DNA from: Candidatus Limiplasma sp.
GTDB lineage: Bacteria > Bacillota > Clostridia > Christensenellales > Aristaeellaceae
Direction: 5' to 3'
Assembly (NCBI GenBank): GCA_963663285.2
Contig: CAXXNI010000004.1
Location: 491,805-555,804 of the forward strand
DNA length: 64,000 nt
Positions 44,372 to 54,489 of this stretch are shown in pieces; within the stretch, counting starts at the first letter, position 1, and each line of letters starts with the position of its first letter. Below the pieces are notes generated by a model. That model searched no databases. It was not told where the DNA came from and worked only from the letters and a program-made list of their open reading frames with translations. Position numbers and translations under genes: made by a program.

Positions 44372-44399
44372 GCACGCTGTAACGGTATGTACAGCGTGC
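44372..44399. terminator. hairpin between convergent genes (weak terminator, no T tract)
   Basis: GCACGCTGTA (44372-44381) pairs with TACAGCGTGC (44390-44399) around an 8-nt loop. Confidence 0.35.
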
Positions 44400-44479
44400 G
44401 TATAGGGAATGTTTTTACAGGCTGACCGGGTTACGGCAATGCCTGCTGTAACGGTGCGGCGCTCTTTTTAGGGGTCGGT

Positions 44480-45259
44480 TCAACCCGGCTTATTATCGCT
44501 TGCTTTGTATTCGGAGGGGGTTTTCCCGGTTAATTGCTTAAAGCGTTTGCTGAAGTAATATTGATCGCTAAAGCCGATCAGGGATGATATTTCCTGCCCC
44601 AGATACCGCCCTGATTTCAGCAGGCGTTTGGCTTCCTCAATCCGAAGCATCTCCAGTTTTTGCGTAATGGTGATTCCGCGTGTCAGCTTATATACGCGGC
44701 GTAAATAACTGCTGTCAAAATTCAGGTCTGCGGATAGTGTGGAGAGCGTTAAACCGGCATTGCTGTAATTTTTATTGAGGTACTCGTCAATCATTTGGGA
44801 CATAATTTCATATTTGGTGGAACCGTCTGTCATTTGATGAAAGGTATTCTCCCGGTCGGCAGCCGCATCGGTTGGGCTGCTTTGATTTTGGATGGATTCA
44901 ATCATTTTTTGAAGGCATTTTTCCAGCTCTTCTTTACTGAAAGGCTTTAATAGAAAATCGTCAATGCCAAGTTTAATAGCTTGATAAGCAAAAGAAAACT
45001 CGTCATGCCCCGTCATAATCACCAGTTTGGAAGGCAGCGCCTGATTTTTGACCCACCGGCACACCTCCAGCCCATCCATCCGCGGCATGCTGATGTCGAT
45101 AAAAACAATATCCGGCTTTATCTCTTGAATCAGAGAAAGTGCCGACACTCCATCTTCTGCAACGCCTTCAATCCGGCAGTCATACCGCTCCCATTCGGCA
45201 ATGGTTTTCATGAATTCCAGAAAGATAGGCTCGTCGTCCACAAGCAGAATACGATACAT
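44480..45259 (-). CDS. response regulator, CheY receiver plus AraC-type HTH (YesN-like)
   Basis: MYRILLVDDEPIFLE...DIVFIDISMPRMDG is the receiver. The C-terminal AraC HTH reads ...SSYLRRVYKLTRGITITQKLEMLRIEEAKRLL...GFSDQYYFSKRFK. Confidence 0.9.
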   Translation of the reverse strand: MYRILLVDDEPIFLEFMKTIAEWERYDCRIEGVAEDGVSALSLIQEIKPDIVFIDISMPRMDGLEVCRWVKNQALPSKLVIMTGHDEFSFAYQAIKLGIDDFLLKPFSKEELEKCLQKMIESIQNQSSPTDAAADRENTFHQMTDGSTKYEIMSQMIDEYLNKNYSNAGLTLSTLSADLNFDSSYLRRVYKLTRGITITQKLEMLRIEEAKRLLKSGRYLGQEISSLIGFSDQYYFSKRFKQLTGKTPSEYKASDNKPG

Positions 45260-45261
45260 GG

Positions 45262-46941
45262 CTAAAGCTCCTCTTCCATTACAGGCAGGCAGATCAGAAA
45301 ACAGGTTCCTTTCTGTTGCGGATGCGGTTCAATGCTCATTGAAAAACTATCCGCATAGTACAAACGCAATCTTTCATATACGTTGTGCAAGCCAAACCCG
45401 GAATCATCCTCTCGGGCTTCCTTGATGATGTGCGTCAGCGTTTCGTTTGTCATGCCCTGACCATCGTCGATTACCCTGATTTCGATAGTCGCGTCCTTCT
45501 GGCGCAGGGAAATGGTAAGATGCCCTTTTTGCCCGGTGGGTTTAATGCCATGGTAGATGGCGTTTTCCACAATGGGCTGCAGCGTAAGCTTGGGTATGCG
45601 CACCTCGTCTACTGCGTTTTCCCAGATGATCTGGTATTCAAGGGAATGATGGTAACGGATGGATTGAATATCCAAATAATCTTTGGTTTGCCGTACTTCT
45701 TCTGAAAGCAGCACCCAATCAAACCCGTTGCTGAGCACGTGGCGGTAGTATTCGGACAGAAGCTTGATCATCCGGCTGGCGTCGTCATTTTTCCCCAGCG
45801 TGGACAGGCAATAAATCGTATCCAACGTATTGTATAGAAAATGCGGTTTGATCTGCGCTTGTAAAAGGGAGAATTTCAGGTGTTCTTCCCTTTTTCTCTC
45901 TTCCAGCAGCATATGAACCAAATCCTGATTGTGACGGGACATTTCGTTAAAGCGATTCACCAGAACGCCGACTTCATCGTTTTTCACCGTGAGGCTAATC
46001 GGCTGGGGCAAAGTATCCTTACCGTTTGCGATGTGATCGGATAATTCCCGTACCGGCCTTACAATCCTTGACATTAGATGGTTTGTAAGCAGATAGACCA
46101 AGAGCAGCAACAGAAAATTGAGAATGATAATTTCCAGAATCATCCGGTCCAGATCGCTTAGCTCTGCGGATAGGTCTGTGGTCGAAAGCAGCGTCCAATG
46201 ATTATCCAGCCGGATGTTATGGCTGTACACCGGCCCCTGCTCCGCTAAAAGCGCTTCGCTGCCCAGACTTTTAATCAAAGCGCCTTCCGGGCTGTACAGC
46301 AAAAGATGTTTTGCGTCCTTGCCTCTGCCGACCATTTCAAAAATGGGGGAGGCTTTTAAAATCACGTAGCCGGTTTGCTTGCCGGTAGCAATATCGATAT
46401 AAGCCTTGGCGTAAATGGGGCCGTCGCCCGTCAGCAGCTGATTGTTATCAAAGGACGGCATCCATTTACCAAAGCGCGTGATGTCCATGGATTGCAGCTG
46501 CTCAATCAGCTCTTCTCCGTTTGAGGACAGAAAGTAATTTTTTGTCCAGTTTTCATAGAACATGACCCCGTTATTCCAAACGATCACGATCTGGTTCAAA
46601 TTTGAAAAGGTTGTAAAGGCGTCCATCATGCACTTGCTGATGATGCTCTGCGTGCGGCCGGCTGGGACCGGATACAGATCATCATCCAGATAGCTGCTGT
46701 CCAGCAGTTCATTCAGGTGGATGATAATCATGTTCGTGCAGTTTTTTACATTATCAATCTCAACACTGAAGGTTTGCGCCAGAATGGTATCTTCATAATC
46801 ACACTGTTCGTAATACTTGTTGATCGCATCGTTGCGGTATAGGATAACAAAGATCAGAATGACCGCAAGGGAGAAAAAGACAAAAGGAATAAACAGAGTT
46901 CGTTTGACTCTGGAGAGAATAGAACTTGCTTTTATCCTCAT
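45262..46941 (-). CDS. sensor histidine kinase, YesM-like (2 TM, HAMP, His_kinase, HATPase)
   Basis: LLQAQIKPHFLYNTLDTI (the PF06580-type H box), an N-terminal TM segment and a C-terminal ATPase with DDGQGM. GGAG precedes the ATG at 46941. Confidence 0.9.
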   Translation of the reverse strand: MRIKASSILSRVKRTLFIPFVFFSLAVILIFVILYRNDAINKYYEQCDYEDTILAQTFSVEIDNVKNCTNMIIIHLNELLDSSYLDDDLYPVPAGRTQSIISKCMMDAFTTFSNLNQIVIVWNNGVMFYENWTKNYFLSSNGEELIEQLQSMDITRFGKWMPSFDNNQLLTGDGPIYAKAYIDIATGKQTGYVILKASPIFEMVGRGKDAKHLLLYSPEGALIKSLGSEALLAEQGPVYSHNIRLDNHWTLLSTTDLSAELSDLDRMILEIIILNFLLLLLVYLLTNHLMSRIVRPVRELSDHIANGKDTLPQPISLTVKNDEVGVLVNRFNEMSRHNQDLVHMLLEERKREEHLKFSLLQAQIKPHFLYNTLDTIYCLSTLGKNDDASRMIKLLSEYYRHVLSNGFDWVLLSEEVRQTKDYLDIQSIRYHHSLEYQIIWENAVDEVRIPKLTLQPIVENAIYHGIKPTGQKGHLTISLRQKDATIEIRVIDDGQGMTNETLTHIIKEAREDDSGFGLHNVYERLRLYYADSFSMSIEPHPQQKGTCFLICLPVMEEEL

Positions 46942-46974
46942 GTGTTGTTCTCTCCTGTTTCTCAAGCGTGAATG

Positions 46975-47802
46975 CTAGTTCTTCATCCCGCTGATTGCCA
47001 TGGCGTCTGTAATCTGATTGCTGAAAAACAAATATAACAACAAAACAGGGATGCTGGCCAGCACCATCGCGGCGCCGATAATCCCCCAGGATGCTTCGTA
47101 GGAGGACCAGAAACTGACCAGTCCCAGCGGTAATGTTTTCAACTGGCTTTTCGTCAGCAAGATCAGCGCTAAATTGTATTCATTCCAACAGGCCATAAAC
47201 TGATAAATCACCAATACAACAATCGGTGAGATCAGCTGGGGCATAATAATGCGAAAATACATTGTCGGAAACGATGCACCATCCAGATAAGCGGACTCCT
47301 CCAGCTCAAACGGCAGCCCCAGATAAAAGCCGTATAAAAGGAAGCATGCAAAAGGCAGTCCGATCGCCGCATAAGGAATGATAACAGATAGCAGGGAGTT
47401 CGTAAAGCCCATCTTCCGTACGACAACGACCAGCGGAATCATAATAGCCTGAACGGGGATGAACATACCGGAAGTAATCATAAACTGAAGGGTCTTGGTG
47501 GTGCGGTTTCGCACTCTGGCAATGACGTAGCAGAACATCAGCGCGGCCAGTTCCACAATCAGTATTGTTATGGCAGAAACGATCAGGCTGTTTTTAAAAT
47601 AGGTGATCGCGTCGAAGCTTTCCAGCGCGGCGGGATAGTTTTCAAACCGCCAAACCTGGGGAAGACCAAACGGATTGGTAATAAAAATCTCTGCGTTATC
47701 CTTAAAGGAGAAGAATACCATCCAAATGAGCGGATACAGGGAGATCACGGCATAAATAACCAGAAACGCATACAGGAGGATCTTTACTGTTTTCTTTTTC
47801 AT
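46975..47802 (-). CDS. carbohydrate ABC transporter permease (MalG-like, CUT1)
   Basis: EAA loop EESAYLDGASFPTMYFRIIMP. The ATG at 47802 follows GAGGTAGAG. Confidence 0.9.
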   Translation of the reverse strand: MKKKTVKILLYAFLVIYAVISLYPLIWMVFFSFKDNAEIFITNPFGLPQVWRFENYPAALESFDAITYFKNSLIVSAITILIVELAALMFCYVIARVRNRTTKTLQFMITSGMFIPVQAIMIPLVVVVRKMGFTNSLLSVIIPYAAIGLPFACFLLYGFYLGLPFELEESAYLDGASFPTMYFRIIMPQLISPIVVLVIYQFMACWNEYNLALILLTKSQLKTLPLGLVSFWSSYEASWGIIGAAMVLASIPVLLLYLFFSNQITDAMAISGMKN

Positions 47803-47812
47803 CTTCTCTACC

Positions 47813-48700
47813 TCACCGGTACACTTCGTCAAATCTTCTGGTGGAACGGTTTAACACCCACATGATCCCCATGCAGATTACCACGATGAAGACGGCGATA
47901 GCGCTGCCGTAGCCGTAATCATGACGGGTGATCATGGCATTGTACATCATAATGGTCATGTTATACGTATAAATCCCCGGCCCGCCTTTTGTCATCAGCC
48001 ATGTCGTATCAAAGGCCCGGAAGCCGTTGGTAAGGCACATGATGGTCGTCATGCGGATAATCGGGGCGGCCAGAGGCATAGAAATATGAACAAAGCGCTG
48101 CCAGGGCGTTGCGCCGTCAATTTCGGCGGCTTCCATATATACATCCGGCACATTTTTAAAGCCGGCATAAATGATAAGCATAATATAGCCCATGCCCTTC
48201 CAGCATTCTACAAAGGCAACGGCAATTAAAGAGGACCACTGCCGGTTCAGCCAGTTCTGCTGCCATTGGGGGTTAAACAGTTCCACAATGCGGTTGATAA
48301 GCCCGTAATCCGCATTATAAATCCACTTCCACAACTGGGCCACAACGGAAATGGACAGCAATACCGGAACAAAGTAAATGTTGCGGAAGGTTTTCTTTCC
48401 GCGTATTTTGGACTGCGTCAGCAATGAGGCCAAAAGCAGGCTCATGCCGATCTGGTACACGACCAGAATAAAGGCGTATAAAAGGCTGTTGATCAGCGAG
48501 ATCGATATTTCGCGGGAGGAGAACATTCTGATATAGTTATCCACACCACGAAAAGCAACTGTATTCAGGCCGTTCCATTCGAAAAAACTATAGTATACGG
48601 ACTCGACCAGCGAAAGCGCGACTACGGTGGTAAACAACAAAACAGCGGGCAGTACAAAGAGCACGAGCCAACCTTTGTTTTTCTTAAGAATCGGATTCAT
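47813..48700 (-). CDS. sugar ABC transporter permease (MalF-like, CUT1)
   Basis: EAA loop MEAAEIDGATPWQRFVHISMP. CAGGAGGG precedes the ATG at 48700. Confidence 0.9.
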   Translation of the reverse strand: MNPILKKNKGWLVLFVLPAVLLFTTVVALSLVESVYYSFFEWNGLNTVAFRGVDNYIRMFSSREISISLINSLLYAFILVVYQIGMSLLLASLLTQSKIRGKKTFRNIYFVPVLLSISVVAQLWKWIYNADYGLINRIVELFNPQWQQNWLNRQWSSLIAVAFVECWKGMGYIMLIIYAGFKNVPDVYMEAAEIDGATPWQRFVHISMPLAAPIIRMTTIMCLTNGFRAFDTTWLMTKGGPGIYTYNMTIMMYNAMITRHDYGYGSAIAVFIVVICMGIMWVLNRSTRRFDEVYR

Positions 48701-48767
48701 GTAACCCTCCTGAACTGGAAACATGGCAGGAGAGAACTCCTGCCATGTAAACCGCCAAATTTAATGA

Positions 48768-50084
48768 TCAGTAGCCCTGACTGGAAATGTCGTTAATGAA
48801 ATCATCCGCACTGGTGATGTTGCCGGAAACCACCAGTTCGCAATCAATATCAATCGCATTGAGGAACTCCGCGTCAGACAGGTCACCGGTGAAGTTGGTA
48901 AAGCTCGTATAGTTGCCGTAGAGGTTGTAATATTCCTGGTATCCTGTTGAACCGCCGAAGGTGAAGTTGCCGATCGCCGTGGTCATCACACCGTTTACGC
49001 CGGCGGATACACGCGACCACCACTCCAGCTCTTCGCCCAGAATGGCAACTGTTTCGGAGTCCAGCCCGGAAGGCGGATTGGTGTTAACCGAGTATTTCAT
49101 TTCGGTTTGCACGCCGCCAAAGGCATGGTATTTCACTTCTTCAGCCATGTCGGCATCCGCAAACGGGTTGTACTTGCACCATTCAATGGTTTCGCCCATT
49201 CCGTCGCCTTCCAGACCGAGGAAGAACCAGGCGCCGCTAAGGAAGAAACCGGCTTCCTGATTGTACACCGCTTCATAAGCCTGCTGATAATTGGTGGTTA
49301 ATGCGCTGGAGCTGAAAGCGCCCAAGTTGGCAATTTCAACAAATTTCTGCGCGGCCTTCACATAAGGCTCATCCGTAATTTTAGCGTTGCCGTCGTTGAT
49401 GGCGTCCACGCCGCTTACAGCGCCTTCGGCGATGCTCGCCCAGGAATACAGGGTGGTTGCCGGCCATTTTTCTGCGGCAAAGAGGGAGATAGGCGTTTTG
49501 CCTGCATCCTTCAAAACGGTGATAACATTTTTGAATTCTTCATAGTTTGTGGGTTCGGAGATGCCCAGAGAGGCAAACAAGTCTTTGTTATACCACAGGC
49601 AGCCCAGATTGCTGGCTTCACAGCCGAAACCGTACTGATGCCCGTCCACATTGGTGCGCGCGGCTTTGGCGGCGGCGCCGTTGGAGAACAGATCATAGAA
49701 ACCGGTTTTCTCAACAACATCATCCATTACGTACAGATCGCCGTTTCCTTTCAGCAGATCAAATACGTCTTTGCTGTTGACTTCAAAAATGTCCGGCAGC
49801 TCGCCGACAGCAGCCCACTCGCGCAGCGCTTCGCCATCGGAGCCGATGCGGGCTTCAACGTTGATCGTCAGGTTGGGATACTTGTCCTTCATTTGGGCAA
49901 TGGCATAATCGAGATTGTCCTTGTCCGCATCGGCATAGTAACGGTAAACCGTCAACTCGGCCGATACCGAAGGATCCACGAAATTCCATGGATCTTCAAC
50001 GGCGGATTCGTCTGCAGCGGCGACGCCTGCGAATGAAAGCAGCATTGCCAGTGCCAGTAGGATGGAAAGCATTTTCTTCATCAT
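48768..50084 (-). CDS. extracellular solute-binding protein (family 1)
   Basis: Signal peptide MMKKMLSILLALAMLLSFAGVAAA. Length 438 aa. The start overlaps the GH5 stop. Confidence 0.85.
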   Translation of the reverse strand: MMKKMLSILLALAMLLSFAGVAAADESAVEDPWNFVDPSVSAELTVYRYYADADKDNLDYAIAQMKDKYPNLTINVEARIGSDGEALREWAAVGELPDIFEVNSKDVFDLLKGNGDLYVMDDVVEKTGFYDLFSNGAAAKAARTNVDGHQYGFGCEASNLGCLWYNKDLFASLGISEPTNYEEFKNVITVLKDAGKTPISLFAAEKWPATTLYSWASIAEGAVSGVDAINDGNAKITDEPYVKAAQKFVEIANLGAFSSSALTTNYQQAYEAVYNQEAGFFLSGAWFFLGLEGDGMGETIEWCKYNPFADADMAEEVKYHAFGGVQTEMKYSVNTNPPSGLDSETVAILGEELEWWSRVSAGVNGVMTTAIGNFTFGGSTGYQEYYNLYGNYTSFTNFTGDLSDAEFLNAIDIDCELVVSGNITSADDFINDISSQGY

Positions 50085-51430
50085 GGTCTGGTACCCTCCT
50101 CATTTGAAATATAGTCCTTTATATCTCTTGTGATGATTTCTCTTCGATCACAGTTGTCAAAGCAGAAACCATCAGGATATCCCATCATCTGTTCCCACGG
50201 AACCTTTTGCAGAAAGGGTTTTAATATTTGTTCCACAGCAATGGTATGCAGTACGGAGCGGATTTGAAAATCCAGCACATAGGCCAGATGGCTTTCCAGC
50301 TCCTCGTAAAACTGCTTTCCAATATCGGTGACTACCTTCATGGAAATCATCTCTTCCCGGTGGTGACTCCATTTGGCGGCGATCTGATGAACCATCTTCA
50401 TCCAGGCAGTCTCTTTTTTGGGGATGACGATCCCCATACAGCGCGCATCCTTGTATGTCCACAAATTCCAGGATATACCGCGCGCCTCGGAAAGGCGAAT
50501 GTTGTGCAGCAGCAGTTTGGAATAGAAACCTTCCTGCTCATCTAAAATTTCATAACCGGATTCACCGCACCAGACGGGATGCTCCAGCCGGGAAACAGCG
50601 GCAAGCTGCCGGTCATAAATTTCCGTAAAAATTTCCAGCCGCCGTTTATCGTCCATCTTTTCATCCAGAATATCATCTTCCAGCACAAAAGGATAAAAAT
50701 GTACGGTATAAGCGATGTTTGGATCCTCCAGCTTTTCCAGCACTGAAAAATCCCGGCCGAAATCCGTTCCCTCCAGAAAAAGGATATGATGCGGATCGTG
50801 TTTACGGATCGCGGCAAGAACCCGCTTATAAAATCCGTTGATGGCCTCGGCCGGCACATCAAAGCCCGGCTCGTTGATGACATCATAGCCGATGACCCAG
50901 GGATTATCGGCATACCGCTTGGCAAGCCACTCCCACAGGTGAACAACCTGATCCTGAAAAACGCGATACTGCCAGAAAAGGGGCTGCCCGGTAATGTTAT
51001 CCGAATGCCAATCCGTATTCTGAGACCCCGGCGTGGAATGAAGGTCTAAAATGACATACAGTTCGTGAGCCGCGCAAAGCTCTACCACCCGGTTGAGCCG
51101 CGCAAAGCCTTTTTCCAGATATTCGTTGGGGTTTGCATCGTCAATCAAATAATGATAGCCGAAAGGAATGCGGATGGAATTGATACCGAGGCTTTTCAGA
51201 TAACGTATGTCATCTTCTCCAACCATACATTCCAAAAAATGGTCGATAAACGCCTCTGCCTGATCAGCGCCGTATACGCAACGAAAAGCGTCGATAATCT
51301 GAGAATTCGTGCCCGGCATACCAACCATAAAATGTTCAAAGTTCATCCAAGAACCCAGTGCCCAGCCGCGAAGCAACACCCTGCGGCCATCAAGCTCAAA
51401 ATGATCCTTGACGGCTTGAACAAAACCCAT
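50081..51430 (-). CDS. glycoside hydrolase family 5 enzyme, cytoplasmic
   Basis: GINSIRIPF, LDLHSTPGSQN, DVINEP (acid/base Glu) and CGESG (nucleophile Glu). No signal peptide. Confidence 0.8.
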   Translation of the reverse strand: MGFVQAVKDHFELDGRRVLLRGWALGSWMNFEHFMVGMPGTNSQIIDAFRCVYGADQAEAFIDHFLECMVGEDDIRYLKSLGINSIRIPFGYHYLIDDANPNEYLEKGFARLNRVVELCAAHELYVILDLHSTPGSQNTDWHSDNITGQPLFWQYRVFQDQVVHLWEWLAKRYADNPWVIGYDVINEPGFDVPAEAINGFYKRVLAAIRKHDPHHILFLEGTDFGRDFSVLEKLEDPNIAYTVHFYPFVLEDDILDEKMDDKRRLEIFTEIYDRQLAAVSRLEHPVWCGESGYEILDEQEGFYSKLLLHNIRLSEARGISWNLWTYKDARCMGIVIPKKETAWMKMVHQIAAKWSHHREEMISMKVVTDIGKQFYEELESHLAYVLDFQIRSVLHTIAVEQILKPFLQKVPWEQMMGYPDGFCFDNCDRREIITRDIKDYISNEEGTRP

Positions 51431-51625
51431 AGCTCACGTCCTCCTTGCCTGCTGAAAAAAGATTTTTCCAAAAATAGTTCCTTTACTCTATTATCCCGAA
51501 TTATGATTTGTCATAAATGGACAATAAGCGACCGAATTTGTAATATCTGTGTTAAGTTACCTCCCTGTTTTGCCCCAAACACGCCCTGCGGGATGAAACC
51601 TCCATCGGTGGCCGAGTTCCGCAAA

Positions 51626-51642
51626 ATGCTCGCAGCCAAGGG
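51626..51642 (+). repeat. 17-mer direct repeat, copy 1 (ATGCTCGCAGCCAAGGG)
   Basis: It matches 52050-52066 at 16 of 17 positions. The flanks are also similar (G.GTTCC upstream and CCTCC.T.GGTG further upstream). Confidence 0.7.
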
Positions 51643-52049
51643 TTTGGGAGGGAGAGAAACGAGGAGGGCGAGGGAAGGGACATTGTATACCTGCGGAAAC
51701 CCGCAGCGCTTTGCAGCCAAGGAAAAACCACCGAAAAAGTATATGCCGGGAAAGACATATGGCAACCGTCGGGTATGTTGTGCGGGCTTGCCCGGGACGG
51801 TGCGGAAGCACCTGAAACACAATGCTTTCGTAAGCAGCAGACCCATAGACGCAGAATGTGCAAGAAAAGGTTCTTTCCAAACGGCGTCAAGGAGATGAAA
51901 CCGGAGACGTCTAGGCCAATGGCCGTATTGCGGCGCGGCCGTGGTGACGGGCGGCGCGTTTGGCGGCGTTATGATGCTGCCATTAGCTGGAGCATGATGC
52001 CGGTTGCCTCCGTGGGTGAACGAACGCAGATTTTTTGGCGCGTTCCCAT

Positions 52050-52066
52050 ATGCTCGCAGCGAAGGG
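52050..52066 (+). repeat. 17-mer direct repeat, copy 2 (ATGCTCGCAGCGAAGGG)
   Basis: See copy 1. Its 3' flank GAAGGGAAGCCGGCAAGAAAGGG resembles GAAGGAAGCAGCCCGCAAAGGG at about 52318-52339. Confidence 0.7.
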
Positions 52067-52595
52067 AAGCCGGCAAGAAAGGGCGTATATCCCCGCTATC
52101 CGCATTATATGATTATGCTTGATTTTCACCTGAATTTTGTATAAACACAAAATGCAAATTGCACCAGATACGGTTATGTTCTTTCTATTATAGAACCGGC
52201 TGGAGGGGAAACCCTTGCCGGGTACGCTGCGGCGGTTGGCGCTTCATGATACGGGCGAATGCGGCTTGGCGCAGACGCTTGCGCCGCAAATGATTACGCA
52301 TGCTATTGCCGACGCCCGAAGGAAGCAGCCCGCAAAGGGTTATTCCTTTGGCAGAGAACGAAGCGAAAGCCAGGGAGAAGCCGTGGATGTGGGATTCTTA
52401 CCCGCTGAACTCTCCGGGAGATTGCTTGCATATAAACGGTTATGTATGACGGTTTACCAGCCAAATCAAGATAATGATGCAATCACAATAAAGAAATAAG
52501 ACGATAATATCAAAATACTATCGAACAATTTAGTTGAATAAAACAAAAAACTGAACGAATAGAAAAACAAAATAAATAATTAAGTAAAAATTGTG

Positions 52596-52624
52596 TTGAC
52601 AAAGCTAAATCGAGGGAATATAAT
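52596..52624 (+). promoter_or_regulatory. consensus sigma-A promoter of the ABC-transketolase operon
   Basis: TTGACA (52596-52601), exactly 17 nt, then TATAAT (52619-52624), preceded by an A/T-rich UP-like tract. This leaves a leader of about 125 nt before the ATG at 52755. Confidence 0.65.
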
Positions 52625-52637
52625 ATGGTTGATTTGA

Positions 52638-53702
<1,065 letters not shown>

Positions 53703-53722
53703 TTTGTATCCTTAACCCTACC

Positions 53723-53764
53723 GAGGGCGGCACGCGGTTTTGCCGCGTGTCCGCCCCGCTTTTA
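53723..53764 (+). terminator. intra-operon hairpin with T tract after the SBP gene (partial terminator or mRNA stabiliser)
   Basis: GGGCGGCACGCGG-TTTTG-CCGCGTGTCCGCCC has one bulge and is followed by CGCTTTT. This arrangement is common after binding-protein genes. Confidence 0.5.
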
Positions 53765-53783
53765 ATAAAGGGGTCGAAAGCAA

Positions 53784-54485
53784 ATGAAGAACAAAAAGAT
53801 TACGATCTTAAAATGGGTTGGCATCGTTGCGCTGGTTGTGCTGATTGCGCTTACTTGCAGGGTGACGATTATCCCCGACGAGCAGCCTGTAACGACCGTG
53901 AATGCCGAGGGTCAGATTGTTACTGTGGAAAAGCTTTCCGTGGCGGAGCAATATTGCCTGGATAACTGGGAAGCGAAGATCGTTCCTACCATCAAAGAAC
54001 GTGCTGTTGCAATGACGGAGTTTGTGAAAGACGCGCAAACAGACCTGACAGCAACGGGTATCGAATATGGCAACCGTGCCAACGAGACCAGTGCGTGGAG
54101 CTTCTGCGTAAAGGCCGATGCGAAAGTGCTCGACATTGAAAACGCGGAAAAGCCCAATAAAACATTGCTGATTTTAGATTTGGTTCCTTATGACGGGAAA
54201 CCAGACGCCAAGCTTTTTTATGGAAGAGTTTTTTCGTCCAACATTAAGAATGCCATTCGCGATGGCGTAGGATTCTTACATTTGGATGATTTTGAAAACC
54301 AAGTGGAATTTGCCGACCTGACGACCGCCTTTAATAATAAGGTAAAAGAAGATGTGCTCAGTAAGCATGAAGCAACGGCGCTGAAGGGCGAGGAATTATC
54401 TTTCTACGGCTGCATATCACTTACGGAGGCAACTTACGATAATTTTGTTGTGATTCCTGTTGAGCTTCAAGTTTCGGGAGGCTGA
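53784..54485 (+). CDS. membrane-anchored protein, probably DUF2291 family
   Basis: A single N-terminal TM segment (ILKWVGIVALVVLIALT). The segment ...AIRDGVGFLHLDDFENQVEFADLTTAFNNKV matches my memory of DUF2291 proteins that accompany ribose-type ABC systems. Not verified. Confidence 0.55.
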   Translation: MKNKKITILKWVGIVALVVLIALTCRVTIIPDEQPVTTVNAEGQIVTVEKLSVAEQYCLDNWEAKIVPTIKERAVAMTEFVKDAQTDLTATGIEYGNRANETSAWSFCVKADAKVLDIENAEKPNKTLLILDLVPYDGKPDAKLFYGRVFSSNIKNAIRDGVGFLHLDDFENQVEFADLTTAFNNKVKEDVLSKHEATALKGEELSFYGCISLTEATYDNFVVIPVELQVSGG

Positions 54486-54489
54486 TAAA

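Noticed and set aside
51065-51898. A 277-aa plus-strand ORF spanning the GH5 N-terminus and running into the non-coding gap, plus other 100-115-aa ORFs at 51511-52122.
   Set aside because: The first half is antisense to the GH5 coding sequence. I saw no RBS and no motif, and the composition is Arg/Lys/Gly-rich nonsense. I treated it as non-coding, and the region is reported as a finding instead.
52215-52499. A 94-aa ORF with GGAGGGG 6 nt upstream of a TTG start, inside the non-coding kilobase.
   Set aside because: The RBS-like spacing is suggestive. However, the start is TTG, the protein has no recognisable features, and it overlaps repeat copy D. The evidence is insufficient to call a gene, so I left it as part of the repeat-region finding.
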